Positions 29,352 to 42,284 of a DNA stretch of 64,000 bases are shown piece by piece. The notes below the pieces were generated by a model. The model was not told the DNA's origin. It was given only the letters and a program-made list of their open reading frames with translations, and made no database searches. The stretch is from NCBI RefSeq assembly GCF_006345805.1, contig NC_043008.1:47492001-47556000 (forward strand), in the 5' to 3' direction. Each line of letters begins with the position of its first letter. The first letter of the stretch is position 1. The position numbers and the translations under genes were made by a program. The stretch comes from Octopus sinensis. Lineage: Eukaryota.

Positions 29352-31664
29352 TTTAAAGCATTTTATTTCATTGTATCATTCGTCGTTATGTAAGAAACAT
29401 GACGGTCATATACACCAAGGTTCCATAAGACATCACGAAGTTGCAATTTGTTGCTTTTTGTTAATATAATCACTGCTGTAGCTAAATGCACATGAAATTT
29501 CTATAATATATATCAGGAGCATGTGCGACAAAGTAGAGGCCGTGCAATATCATTGAAGCAGAGACTTTCTCTAAACCAACGATACTGTTTGTTGTTTTGA
29601 AATGTATGAACTCCTGGTTTATTCCTAAAACAATAATCTTTGATTAATTCCAGATCTCTAAAATCAAAATCAGCATTGATTCCCCAGCAATAAGTTCATG
29701 TAAGACGGAAAAAATATATATAACTAAACTGTCAACATTGGTAAGACAACACAAATTGAACTTGAAAGGCATCATTCAAACTATATAAATATCGCTTTAG
29801 ATGCTAACGGTTATGTACCTCGGTTAGCTCTGTGTATACGAATGAACGTAGCGGATAACGTTGATGTATTTTGATTAGATTTTGACAAAAAGAACATTTT
29901 ATCAAAAGATAAGGAAATATGTTATGAAATTTAACGTCAGTATATTGAAGATTGTGTTTTAATGTCTGTCACAAAATGAAGGTAGAAAGAAATGATTTTG
30001 CTTAATTTCGGTTCCGATTCGCGACGCCTTACAGGAAACAAAAGAAAACACCTAGCACCTGACTCACAATTATAACCAGCAAGGTTGCATTATCAGAGAA
30101 TATTTCTTATGGCTTGCACCCATCTTAACCTTGTTAATCACCAGCAAAATAACCGGTTAATGAGTGTCTGAGATACTCGTAATGGTTTGTGATGTAATCA
30201 GAATTAGTCAGATAAGATTAGTCGATAATATCAACCCTAGAACTTGATTGATTGTATCGAAGCCCGAAAAATAGAAGAATACTTTACTTTGACGAGATTT
30301 GAAATCAGTACGTAAAAAGAAAGGGAAAATACCACAAAGTCTTTTTTTTATGTTTCGTCGTTCTAAATATTCGGCCAGCTTTACTGCCTTTCTAAGGCAA
30401 CCGAAATCAGAGGTGCCAAGGGTTTTAATTAGACAAAAAGAAGACAGTTGTGCAAGACCAGGTTTCACATATAACACTCCTAAACAGCTCTAATTGTGAG
30501 AACAAAAGCGGTGGAAGATGTTGACATTAGTTAAATGAATATTTTGATGGAGTGATCTGAGACAGTGAAAATGTTACTGAGCTGGGAACTTTGAGATTTG
30601 AGATTTTACTATAAGCATGTATTTAAGCATTTAGTTTAGATTCAAAACTTGAATTTTTAGTAAAACTGTGTCGGGAATTGTTTCTAATTTGAATGGTGAA
30701 CTATATTCTTACAAACTGAGATAACGACAAGAAAGGAATATTTCTCAGTAATCTTTTATTAAAACAGATCTTCCCCACCCCCACCCCACCACCACCACCA
30801 CTCTGTCGTAAATACATATTGTCTTCCTAGAAGTAAAAGCTTTGTAAATTAATACTGTTTAGTTTATTTAATTATTATTATTATTATTATATTTTGTTAA
30901 TAATGGAAGTCTGATAATAATAATTGAAAATTCAAAATAATCAAATGAAGTAGTAGAAAACAAACAAAAATATATCAACAACAAATTCGTTTTTTAAATG
31001 CTACTATTTATTAACGGTGATGTCAAAATAAAAGAAATTTTGTTAAAGTTACGAAGTGTCAATCTATTTTTCATATTAGGAGGTAATGAAATGTAATTTT
31101 TCGAAATGAAATGCTATTTGAAACACATTTTGTCACGATGTCACTTTAGGTAATTTCAATAGAGCTGCATCAGATACGTTTATAAAAAGAATTTGTATAG
31201 AATATTAAAAGAAAAAAAAATGAAAGAAAGTGATTGTGCGATAGTTTTCGTTTCATTTGTGTTTAGATACTGTGAACCTATCAGAATATCTACTTCTGAA
31301 TCATATTTAATCTGTTATCGTTACCATAGCTTTTGAAACAGCGTTGCCATAGTAACACTTCGCCAAAATGGTATGCTGTAGTTGAAGAGATTTGTAACTA
31401 TTAATTTCAGATTAAAAAGGATTAAGTGTATACGATATAAAAAAAAAGCGGCAGGATTCACAATGAAGCACTCCAAATAAAAGATAGTTTTTCTGATATG
31501 AAATTTTGAGCACAATCAGAATTAACCAAAAAGATGATGCTTTAACAAATATATGTTAGATGCCATCATTTACATATGTGTTTTATATGAGAGCTTCTAC
31601 GTGCTATAATCAACATCTGTTTGTGTTGGTTCTTTATTACAAGCAGATGTGTGAATGTGTATAA

Positions 31665-31803
31665 CTGGTACTAATTTTATTGACCTTCGAAAGATGAAAG
31701 GCAAAGTCGACCTCGGCGGAATTTGAGCTCAGAACATAACGGCAGACGAAATACCGCTAAGCATTTCGCCCGGTGTGCTAACGATTCTGCCAGCTCGCCA
31801 CCT
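31665..31803 (-). mobile_element. Second tRNA-derived SINE family
   Basis: Minus strand ggcgagctggcagaatcgttagca...gttctgagctcaaattccgccgaggtcgactttgcctttcat; related to 37520-37735 and 16748-16860. Confidence 0.75.
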
Positions 31804-31817
31804 TTTATACACATATA

Positions 31818-31887
<70 letters not shown>

Positions 31888-32280
31888 CGTGTGTTTGTGT
31901 GTGTGCATGTGTGTGTGTGCGTGTGTGTGATGGATTCAACGTATGAGTCTCCAGGGGAAACCTCAACTGAGAAACCTCATAAAATTAGTGGTTGTGTATT
32001 CCAAGGTCACACGTACACTGAGCATAATTCTCAGTCGAATCATTGTAACAAGCTACGAATATTACAATACAGGCAATGAGATAGGCTTTCAATGTTTGCA
32101 TCTACGAAATTTCACAAGGTTTACCTTGACACGAAGTTATGGGTAAAACGCCTGTGCAGATAGGCCGATCAGTGGGATCGGATCTGTGACCACCTTAATC
32201 GATATATATGCATTAGTCAAAAATATTACACGCACACACACACATGTATGTATACACACACATATACATATGTATATATG

Positions 32281-32327
<47 letters not shown>

Positions 32328-32340
32328 ATATAATATATAT

Positions 32341-32374
<34 letters not shown>

Positions 32375-32458
32375 CTTTATTTAAAGCATATTACTCTACC
32401 ACTGTTATTTGAGTACTCTTTTTTCCACCTTGTTTCACATTTATGTGTTTACTCCGGT

Positions 32459-32505
<47 letters not shown>

Positions 32506-32506
32506 T

Positions 32507-32587
<81 letters not shown>

Positions 32588-32748
32588 TACATACATATAT
32601 ATATGCATACATATATATGAATATACTTACATATATATATGAATTTACTTATATGTATCCATAGATATACACGTGTGTGAGTGTGTGTGTGTATGTTTGT
32701 GTGTGTGTGAATTATTCCTTAAATAAATTTCAGTAAAGTGTTTCCTAC

Positions 32749-32847
32749 CTTTTCTCGCGCAACTTTCCGTGTGTCTGTATCCATCCATTCCAGTTCCTTA
32801 AGAATTTCACTGAATGAATCCTGCAAGTTTCTTATCATTTCGATCAT
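32749..32847 (-). CDS. M13 metallopeptidase (neprilysin/ECE-like) internal exon, 99 nt: MIEMIRNLQDSFSEILKELEWMDTDTRKVAREK
   Basis: Acceptor ttttaattcattacag|ATG and donor AAG|gtagga on the minus strand; phase 0-0. Contains the M13 motif L..L.WMD..T...A.EK. Length matches my recollection of the 99-nt equivalent exon in vertebrate neprilysin. Confidence 0.93.
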
Positions 32848-34065
32848 CTGTAATGAATTAAAATAAAGTAAAAATGATTTTCACGTTCATGTTAACTTCT
32901 TGGTCAATAATTAGTATGAAATTCAACACGATAATTACCACAGTTACTCGTATAATACATACGTTAATCATAATATACAATGCTTAGATAAATCTTGACA
33001 ATCATTTAAACTCCATCGTAAAGTACGATCATAAGTTATAATAAGTAGCGAAAATTGCAACCGAATGCCATTATTATGAGGTGCATAATCACAATCTATC
33101 TTCAAGGATATCGCATTTTCAACGCTATAATTACGGGTCATTGTTTGCAATCTGCAGCAAATTATCTCTATATCAATGCAAAGATTGAATTTTAAATGAT
33201 GAGATAATCACTTTGCAGCTATAATCCGGTGATTGGGAACTTGAGGTCCACAGATTTAGTATGAGGGCGCTGTAACTTGTAATCAAAAGTTTAAAAGGCA
33301 GTACTGTAAAGGTTATTATTACTCATTTACAATATAGCAATTTACTTCCGTATATATCATTCGACTGGGAGGTGAGGTTATTCTTTAATAATAGAATAGC
33401 TGTATAGTGTAGTCATTTGAACAACCCGGGGCCGATGGGAAATGAAGATATCAATTTGAATAATAGACACTGTTATAAATGGTAGGAAAGATGGCAGATG
33501 GTAAGATTTCATTTATAAATGAAAAATATATATGTTGTTTACGCAAATAGAATACAACACAAATTCACAAATGCTTATATTCATACATACAGGTATACGT
33601 GTGTGTATGAGCACCTTATATATATTATATAATATTTCTCCAGCGTTCGTTTTTTACCGTCTTTCCGGCCAAACGACCCTCCATGTTTGTTTTCGTTCGG
33701 TTTCTTTGTATGTCTCCACTTTCCTTTTTTTGTTCCCAACTTTGACCCTTCATAAATCCAAAATTTTATTTTGGTATTTATGGGAGCAACTGTCCTCGAA
33801 GACTCATATCGTCGCTCAATGCTCGAAATAAGGAGTAGATAGATAGCCGACAACTGATGAAGGATCATTCTTTCTGTTTTCCATGGGTGGTACCCAATAA
33901 AATATTTTCTTGTTTCATCTATTTTATTGGTACTGTTACCCCAACCGCCACTACGAAGTTCCTGCAGTAAATCTGCGGTAACAACAGGGAATCGAAACTG
34001 TGCTGGTGTTTTGCTCATCATCTATTTATATATTTTGTATAATTCCTCCAAAATATATATATATA

Positions 34066-34581
34066 CTAGCAGTATCGCCCGGCGTTGCTCGGGTTTGTAA
34101 GGGAAATAACTATATAAGCATTTTTAGAGAGTTACTTCCCTTATAGATGCCAATTCGGGCTTTCTTAGCCATTTCTGTTTTGGTGTCTTCAAGCCATGAA
34201 GTCGTTGTTCTAAAAGAACGCTGGTCTCCTTGACAACGCATTGCGACGTTGATTTCCTTAAACTCCCTTCCCCACAGCTTCACGAGGAAGGGAAGAAGGG
34301 GGAGAAGCAAACACAGGTGCGGGTGTTTGAGCGTGGACGCCAACTCCGCCGCCATTGACACACGAAAAATTATGCATTAAAATGGAATAAAAAATGATGT
34401 TAAATTATTTTTAAAATCGTAGACTCATCGTAGACGCGCGCTAATAGCCAGACGGGCTTGATATTAATCACGACTATAAGATACCCGAATTTGGTTAAAC
34501 TGCACCGAAAATGTGGGAGGAGTTAGGAATCTAAATCGTAGGAGACAGACACTCACACAACTACAGTTTTATATATATAGA
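34066..34581 (-). mobile_element. Non-autonomous Helitron
   Basis: Minus strand: A|TCTATATATATAAAACTG ... CCCG-AGCAACGC-CGGG hairpin ... CTAG|T. This gives a 5'-TC, a 3' hairpin plus CTAG, and insertion between A and T without a TSD. Confidence 0.85.
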
Positions 34582-34789
34582 TATACATACATATTAATGG
34601 CGGTGCATCAGCATGGCCGCAGCTCTGAGCTGAAACTAGACAATATATATATATATATATATATACATACATGAGTTACGTGATGGAATATGGGGAAATA
34701 TGGGCCAAATATGTGGAACCTCAGAAGTGGTAATATCCAAGAGGTATATACTGCCGGCTGCTCTTCAGGCCAAGAATATCTTGACTAGA

Positions 34790-35360
34790 TTAAAGGACAT
34801 TGTTGGCGCAAAGAGAAGTCCATCAAGATATGGAGTGATCACTAGTGATGGCGACGTTATGCCTCCATTCATCTTCCGACTCGGAGGCCTACATCAAGTG
34901 CCTGGAGGAGGTAGTGCTGCCTTTGGTCAAAAGGGTGGCTGCTGGAAGACCCTATATCTGCACCATGCCATCAAACAAGCAGGAGAGCACAGTCATCGCC
35001 CCTAACATCTGGCCACCTAACTCCCCAGATTGCAAACCCTTGATTATTATGTGTGGGGCGCAGTTGAGTAAAAGACCAACAAAACTCCTAACACCAAAGA
35101 TGAACTGAAGAAAATGATTATGGCAGCATTCACCAACTTAAACAAGGAGACCGTCCAGAAGATTTGCAGGAAATTCCGAAGTAGTCTTCAGTTCGTGGTT
35201 GAAGCCAATGGCGATTTTATTGAATGAAATTACTGTTTTGTATTTCACATTATTTTTACGTATTTTTGGTTAATATGTCTATTAATTTGAGAGTTTTCAT
35301 TATTGCGTAATTTTCATTTTTACGTAATTTAGACGACAATATATTCACCGCATTTGTATA
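34790..35360 (+). pseudogene. Tc1/mariner-superfamily transposase C-terminal remnant (frameshifted)
   Basis: GVITSDGDVMPPFIF, YIKCLEEVVLP, IWPPNSPDC.PLDYYVWGAVE and AAFTNLNKETVQK.CR.FRS.L..VVEANGDFIE* are spread across frames. Confidence 0.85.
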
Positions 35361-35826
35361 TTTACATATATGTATATATGACTGTGTGTATGTTTGTATA
35401 TGTGGGTGCATGCATGTAGATAATGCATTAATAGTCATGTTTACAAAGCATAAGTCTAATAAAATCATAATCAATACATCATCACAAACCGTTATTAGAT
35501 GATAGCTAAAACACACGAAACAAAATGGGAAACAAAACTATAGAATTTATAGTTTTATTATTAGAATAGCGAAAACCTTTCTTCGAATACAGAGAAAAAT
35601 ATATTGCGACGCATTTTGTTTGGGTGGTGATTGTCGGTGGAAAGGTTTGCTTCAATGACAATAATATATTGACGGGTTCTTCTGGAATATTGCCAATATT
35701 GGCTTGAAAATATTTTTAGAAAAATAATTTTGTCTTCATACACATCACACACATCATGGTATGTGATAGAAAAATTGCATGGGTCAGTTACACACATATA
35801 CATGTAAATAAAGACAGGTAGACACA

Positions 35827-35864
<38 letters not shown>

Positions 35865-36887
35865 CACACACCCGTGAGCACACATATATATACATACATA
35901 TGCTTGGGTGATATTTTTGTATGTAGTGTTTGCGTATATGTGCGTGCGCGTACGAATGGTATACTACAATTTTTACTGACTCACGATATCTAGAAATCTG
36001 TCAAGATATACAATTTTAATATCATAATTGCAAAGAATTGTCATTGTTATTTTCTTTTTGCCTCATTGTCCGTACTTGCATTGTTTCTCATGGAATTTCT
36101 CCTTAAAACTGTCGGTAAAGGTAACATTTTAAGCAGCCCAATTATTTTGAATGTAATTTTATGTAGAAAATACTCCAATTACATGGCATGGAACCAACAG
36201 ATTTTCACTTGGTTCTTTTCATAAATTTGGTGTGATACACGAAAGCGTTTCGTTGAAATTACTTCGATGGCTCAGGAAGAACAAATTAGAAAGAACTGGG
36301 CAAAACCCAACAACAACACCAGAAATAAACAAGCTCGTTTCATTGTTACTAAACATAATAATCTTTTAGAACATTGCTTGACATTTCAGCTGCATCTTAA
36401 TTCACATCGGAATATAAGATGAGAAAGAAGAAAAGAAAAAGAGAAGATAATGTAATTTTTAAACAACGATTTTATCTCACCATTATTAGAGAAATTCATT
36501 ACAGCTTTTTAACATTCCATCCGTAGCAATTTGCATAGATCATTAGAGAAGCAAAAGAATTGCATGGACAACATCAAACTAAGAATATGTAAATATAATC
36601 GTTAATGATAATATAAGTCATTTTCACATTAAAACAAAAATAACAACAAAGAGAATTAGAAGCGATATTGCATCGTTAAGTAGGCACTAAACATAAGTGA
36701 CACATCTACTGAATGTAGTTCAATTACTACTTAAGTGAGCTTTCCTAACTCTTTCTTCTGTACGGCCACCTCTACAAACTGTCACACGAGGCATGTCTGC
36801 ACACAGACTCGCAAAATTATATACACACACGCACTGTACACATACACACAAACGCACACATATTTATTTACATATATATAGACATAA

Positions 36888-36931
<44 letters not shown>

Positions 36932-37124
36932 AGAAAGAATGAGAGATACATAGATAAAAAATATATATTTACATATATACACATTCATATATCGTTCCAC
37001 TTGTTCTTTAACAGACAGTTATCCTGCTAAATCTATTTGTGTGTGTGTATATATATATATATGGATGCATGTATGTTTGTGTGTATGTATGTGTTATTAT
37101 CATCATCATTATTATTATTATTAC

Positions 37125-37168
<44 letters not shown>

Positions 37169-37184
37169 TATTATTATTATTATT

Positions 37185-37518
37185 GAGAAAGAGCAATGCA
37201 TGCCATCAAAGTGACACTGCGATGAAAATCTACGAAGCCCAATATACCAATCATGACTAACCTTCTGATAATGTTACACCACTCACATGCATCGCAACCA
37301 TATGTGCGCGACATGGTGAACTCTTATCAAGGTAAACAGCACATGACCTTACAGGTGGGGCCCAGTTAGAATTTTCTTCTGGTCGAGTAACACATCCCGC
37401 TCAAAAGGTCCCTGAATAAGGGTTGTTTAAGGATGTTGAACGAAATACCCATGTTTTCAGAGGTGAATTATTCAAACCCCAAAGAATCCCTCTCAACACA
37501 TGGCTATGATGCTCCCCC
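37185..37518 (-). mobile_element. Truncated second copy of the (TAA)n-associated repeat
   Basis: Near-identical to 18648-18990 (gagagcaatgcatgccatcaaagtgacac...ggctatgatgc); a SINE follows it. Confidence 0.8.
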
Positions 37519-37519
37519 A

Positions 37520-37735
37520 GCTGGTAGAATCGTTAGCGCGTTAGACGAAATGCTCAGCGCTATTTTGTCTGTCTTAACGTTCTGAGTTCAAGCTCCGCCG
37601 AAGTCGACTTTGCCTTTCATCCCTTCGGGGTCGATAAATTAAGTACCAATTGCGTATTGGGGTCGATCTAATCGGATGGCCCCCTCCCACAAAATTTCAG
37701 GCTTTATCCCTATAGTAGAAGGGATTAGTATTATT
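37520..37735 (+). mobile_element. Second tRNA-derived SINE family copy
   Basis: agctggtagaatcgttagc...gttctgagttcaagctccgccgaagtcgactttgcctttcatcc. Confidence 0.75.
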
Positions 37736-39722
37736 ATGATTTCTTTTCTGCTTGGAACTATAAAAGAAAAAATTCCTTGGAAAGGACACCTCTCCACCAT
37801 GAGTTGCAGAGTCTCGGAACAACTCTGATATTTGAGTAGATACTAAAGCTGCAGCTAAACAACATAAAGAAGAGAAGGCCAGAGTATTTTGATTAATTAC
37901 AAAATTATACCAGTTGTCAGTTATTCGGTTCGAGTAAATATTTATAGTTTCTATGTTTTTCCTCTTTAAAATCTCTTTATTTGTTTCATCACGGTGAATC
38001 ATTTAATATTATTAGAAAATAAAACGACTTCGTCTTCTGTATTTGTATTACATATTCTTAGATGAGAGCAACACACGGTTCTGTTAACAAGAGCATCTCG
38101 TGTTAATTAAATTATGTTTAAAATCCATTATTATTGAATTACAGACTGTAGATTTGAAAGATATTTAAAGTCGTCTCCTAAATCACTATTTATCAGTCGA
38201 TATTTTCAGCGGGACATTCACTGTTCAATTTAATTCCGACACCCAACAACTACCATTATTTCAGTGCTAACTAAATTTAAGGAATGAAAAAGTGTAATTA
38301 ACGAAGGTTATTTCAAGCTGCAGCAATTATTAGAATCATATCAGTTGTTTTGAAACGTTTTAGATGTTGCGAATGCATTTCTTCAATGGTTCATAGACAA
38401 TAATTTTAGATTTAAAACTGTTTATGTTTAAAATCATTAAGTTATAGTTTAGTTATCTATCTAATATGGTAGTTAAATTTTATTAAATGCTTCTTTTAAA
38501 TAATTTAAATGGCTAACAACTTTAACAGCAATTTACTAATGACAAAAGTAATAGGTTATTCATAAAGATTTTGGTATATATAGAGATTAACTCATCGAAT
38601 TATGGCATAGATACAGATGTGTGTCCTTTAAGATTAACTGATTAGTTCGTCGGGATTTAGGAGAGGGGCATTTCGTATATATGTCCTTATTCTAAGGATA
38701 TCCAAACGTGCCTCAGTTGAAATTATTGTAAATTTCTTGTTTCCATGGCCTTTCTCAAATTTCTCACGGTGTTTCGTTAGATATAACGGCGCTTTGTTCA
38801 GTTATATCCAACCTTATGAAACTGACACCTATTAAGGCGTGAATCGTTTTGCGCTACAGGAATTGTAAATGGAAATTCACATAGTTCTGGGGAACTTTTA
38901 ATTTTCCCTTTTTTTTGTTTCTTGTTTCCAGTTTCCAAAGTGTCTTGACAGCTTAGTCATTAATTCTTTGATGATTATAGCAATATCGTTGACTGTCTGT
39001 CTAAGAACGACATGTATCTTTATAGCGCTCCTTTCTACTATGCTGGGGACTTGAAAAGGAGTACATCACGTTGCTTTCATTCGTTTTCCTGCTAAAGTGC
39101 AAACAGAGTACTGTAATATATTTAATAACCAAAACATTGTTTTCAACTGAGATTTCGTTCAGCTGTCATTTGTCACAGAATTAATTGATCGGGAAAATGT
39201 TTTCTAGCAACTCGTGTATTAATCGGTGTTTTTTTTTTACCGTGCTGGATTACTATAATCTTTCTCCTTGAATCCTGCTCAGAGCAAGATTATAATCGGA
39301 TTATATGTGTAAGAAAAGAAATCAATATTGCATTTAGTAAATGTATATACTCACACACGTATATAGAAATTTACATAAATATGTGTTCTTGAATTTCAAA
39401 ACATATTTTGTAGACATTACTGTGTGCATACATATGTACATGTATGTATGTATGTATGTATGTATGTATGTATGTATGTATACAAAGTTAGGGAATGGTG
39501 TAGATAAAATGCAGGCTATATATGTTTCCTAGCTAATGGAACCTCGGAAGTAGTAATTATCCAAACGAGAAGTAATCCGCTCGCTACTCATCGAGTCAAA
39601 GATGCCTTGATAAAAAAGAGTTAACATTGTCGTCAAGGGATTCATGTTGACTGCTACTAATCGTGAGCTTTGAAACAATTTTTTCAGCTTTTCGAACTTC
39701 GATAAGGAAAAATTTGTACATA

Positions 39723-39911
<189 letters not shown>

Positions 39912-40689
39912 CAAATTAAAAGGCCAACTTTTTAGATTATATATATATATGTGTGTATAGGTATGTATATATGTATGTATGTATGTATGTAGGTATGTAT
40001 GTATATATGTATGTATGTTTGTATGTATGCATACACCCTTTCCTTATATAAGCATTATTTTGGTTATAAAAAACACGGAAACTAAACTTAATTGATGAAA
40101 ACGAATGTCATAAAAATCTCTGGATTTAGAATCTGTGGCAAAATAAAAAGGAATCATTTGATATTGCAAAATTAACGTCTCTAATGAAATGGATTTCATT
40201 TTTATGGTAATGCTTTTTTTTCTTCAGCGAGCCAAGGATTAATAACGTCAACTATATTTGATACGATTTGAAAATCATAAGATTTCAGCAACAATTTATG
40301 TGAAAACGTATCTTAGCTACGTCTGTCATTTGAATTGATCGCTCCTGGTCTAGAAGATTGATGTGAACTTTAAGCAAATTTGCTGAAGGCACTTCAACAC
40401 TTCACCTCAACAATTTCTATATTTTTTCCCTATCGGTGTTGTGTTCGATTGGCACGGACTGATTTTCTATTTCGAAAACTATTTACTTTCGCTAAAATTA
40501 AATGATGTTACTGTATAGTTATACAAAATAGAATTAGATATTCATAACAAAATGTAAATAAGCATTGCTTCTGGTAACACCACGTTGTAGGTTCTTTTTA
40601 ATCATATCATTCACTGTTCACCCTTCAGTTACTGTTTAATAACTTTTGCAGTAATACTTTAAAAGTTTCATTTCGGAAATACAATCATA

Positions 40690-41240
40690 ACCAATCAGAA
40701 AGGAAGCGAAAGAATACAGCTATAACAACAAAACTTCAAATTAAACGAACAACAGTTCGGAGAATTATTAAAAAAATTAAAGAGACTGAATCTACCGCCG
40801 AGGGACCTGGACGTGGCCGAAAAGAAGTGCGCAAACCCCTCAGCTTCGTAAAAATGCGAGAGAAAAGATACGGCGAAATGCTGGTCGTTCTGTCAGAAAA
40901 CTGGCTGCCACAGCAAAATTAAGCCGAACAACGATGTATCGAGTACTGAGAGGAATCTCAGCACCCAGCCCTACAATTTGCTTCACCTCCATTAGCTCAC
41001 GTAAATTTATAAGGCCTTGAGACTGGAGAGAAGTCCTCTGGTCTTGCGTTAAATTGTTGAAGGCACGCTGCCCAACTTGGTGTTCACCTATGAAAAGAAA
41101 TTTGACAGCGAACAAAGAGTAAGCCACCAGAAGGACTGACTTTGAAGTCTATCTAGCTTCATTCGAGGAGACTCGTAAATTGAAGTCAAAATCCACCTTG
41201 ACGTATGGTTTGGGCGGCTGTCACAGCCACTGACAATGTT
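40690..41240 (+). pseudogene. Tc1/mariner-superfamily transposase N-terminal remnant
   Basis: RTTVRRIIKK.KET...GPGRGRK, REKIRRN.GRSVRKLA...LSRTTMYRVL, LVF.YEKKFD.EQ..HQ.D and VWAAVTA, with stops and frameshifts. Confidence 0.75.
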
Positions 41241-41249
41241 TCCTCCTTT

Positions 41250-41950
41250 TTTTTGTTTTTGTGACTTCGGGTGTTACAATTTACAGCCAGCGATAGATTA
41301 GCTACATTCAGGAAGCTAAACTGCTTGCATGGGTGAATGAGCACTTCCAAGGTGCGCCTTGGAGCAATGCCAATAAATACAAAGGAAGGGGTATTATATG
41401 TGAACTCTCTATTACTGAAAAATTAAACATTATACAATCAACAGATAACATCCTAAAAATTAGGGATGAAAGCTCTCCCTGCATCCACAAGCAATATTTT
41501 ACACCCAGATATTTCAAAGAGGAGTCCCTATAACCCAACCAGGATAGCCCCTTTCCGAAACGTGAACACACATAGTAGAAACTCCACACAAAGAAGAAAT
41601 ATGCCCCAATAACAGTATACAAAAACAAATTGACCGCACAAAAATTTGCCTAAAAGATAAATCCAAGGGAAACAAACATCCAAATGATGCCACCCAAAAG
41701 TAACGTCCCTTAATTCATTGATTCATTGTTTTATTCATGTGAATTTACGTGAACCTACGTGACCTAAACGAGACTGTTTCCCAAAATGGAGGCGAATTCC
41801 TTTCCAACATGTGATCGGCTTCAAAAATTGTTAAGTCACTAGGATATTTTTCTACTTTACTTAACATGAAACCAATGGTAGCCTTAATTCACAAATAAAG
41901 AAATCTTATCCACCAATCCGGTGTTGAGGACTCATTTTCATTGTTGGACA
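41250..41950 (+). mobile_element. Penelope-like element 3' remnant (GIY-YIG C-terminus and degenerate hammerhead)
   Basis: WSNANKYKGRGIICELSITEKLNII...NILKIRDESSPCIHKQYF resembles the PLE tail W....Y....C.LC..EK..I....LN.R.E...C.H. Hammerhead remnant at 41817-41883. Confidence 0.65.
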
Positions 41951-41984
41951 TTTACGCATGTATGTGTGTATGTATGTATATATA

Positions 41985-42050
<66 letters not shown>

Positions 42051-42054
42051 GTAG

Positions 42055-42262
42055 ATCAAAAAAGAGGAAGAACAAACACAAAGAAGCAACCATGCAAGGA
42101 CATGCTACATGTAAAGTATTGGCAGACGTTCGGGGAAGGAAGGTATGAAGGTTTAGCATTTCGAGCAACGCTCTTCTTCAGAAACAGAGGAACGTCCAAT
42201 AGAAACGAAAACGGACGGAGAAACTCGCCAACGATTCACATGAGGTTACATTTTGAAAAATA
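42055..42262 (-). mobile_element. Hammerhead-bearing short repeat ('family A', PLE pLTR-like) inverted against the Penelope ORF
   Basis: Shares ttcaaaatgtaacc.catgtgaatc, the hammerhead and ctaatactttgcatgt segments with 49495-49745 and 51240-51745. Confidence 0.7.
42151..42185 (-). ncRNA. Minimal type-I hammerhead-like motif with decayed stem III
   Basis: Minus strand reads GTTT-CTGAAGA-A-GAGC(GTT)GCTC-GAAA-TGC-T-AAAC. Core and stems I/II are intact; ACGU has become AUGC. Confidence 0.55.
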
Positions 42263-42284
42263 TATATAATATATATATATATAT

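Noticed and set aside
33858-33880. CTGATGAAGG hammerhead-like core
   Set aside because: No downstream stem II-GAAA or pairing stem I.
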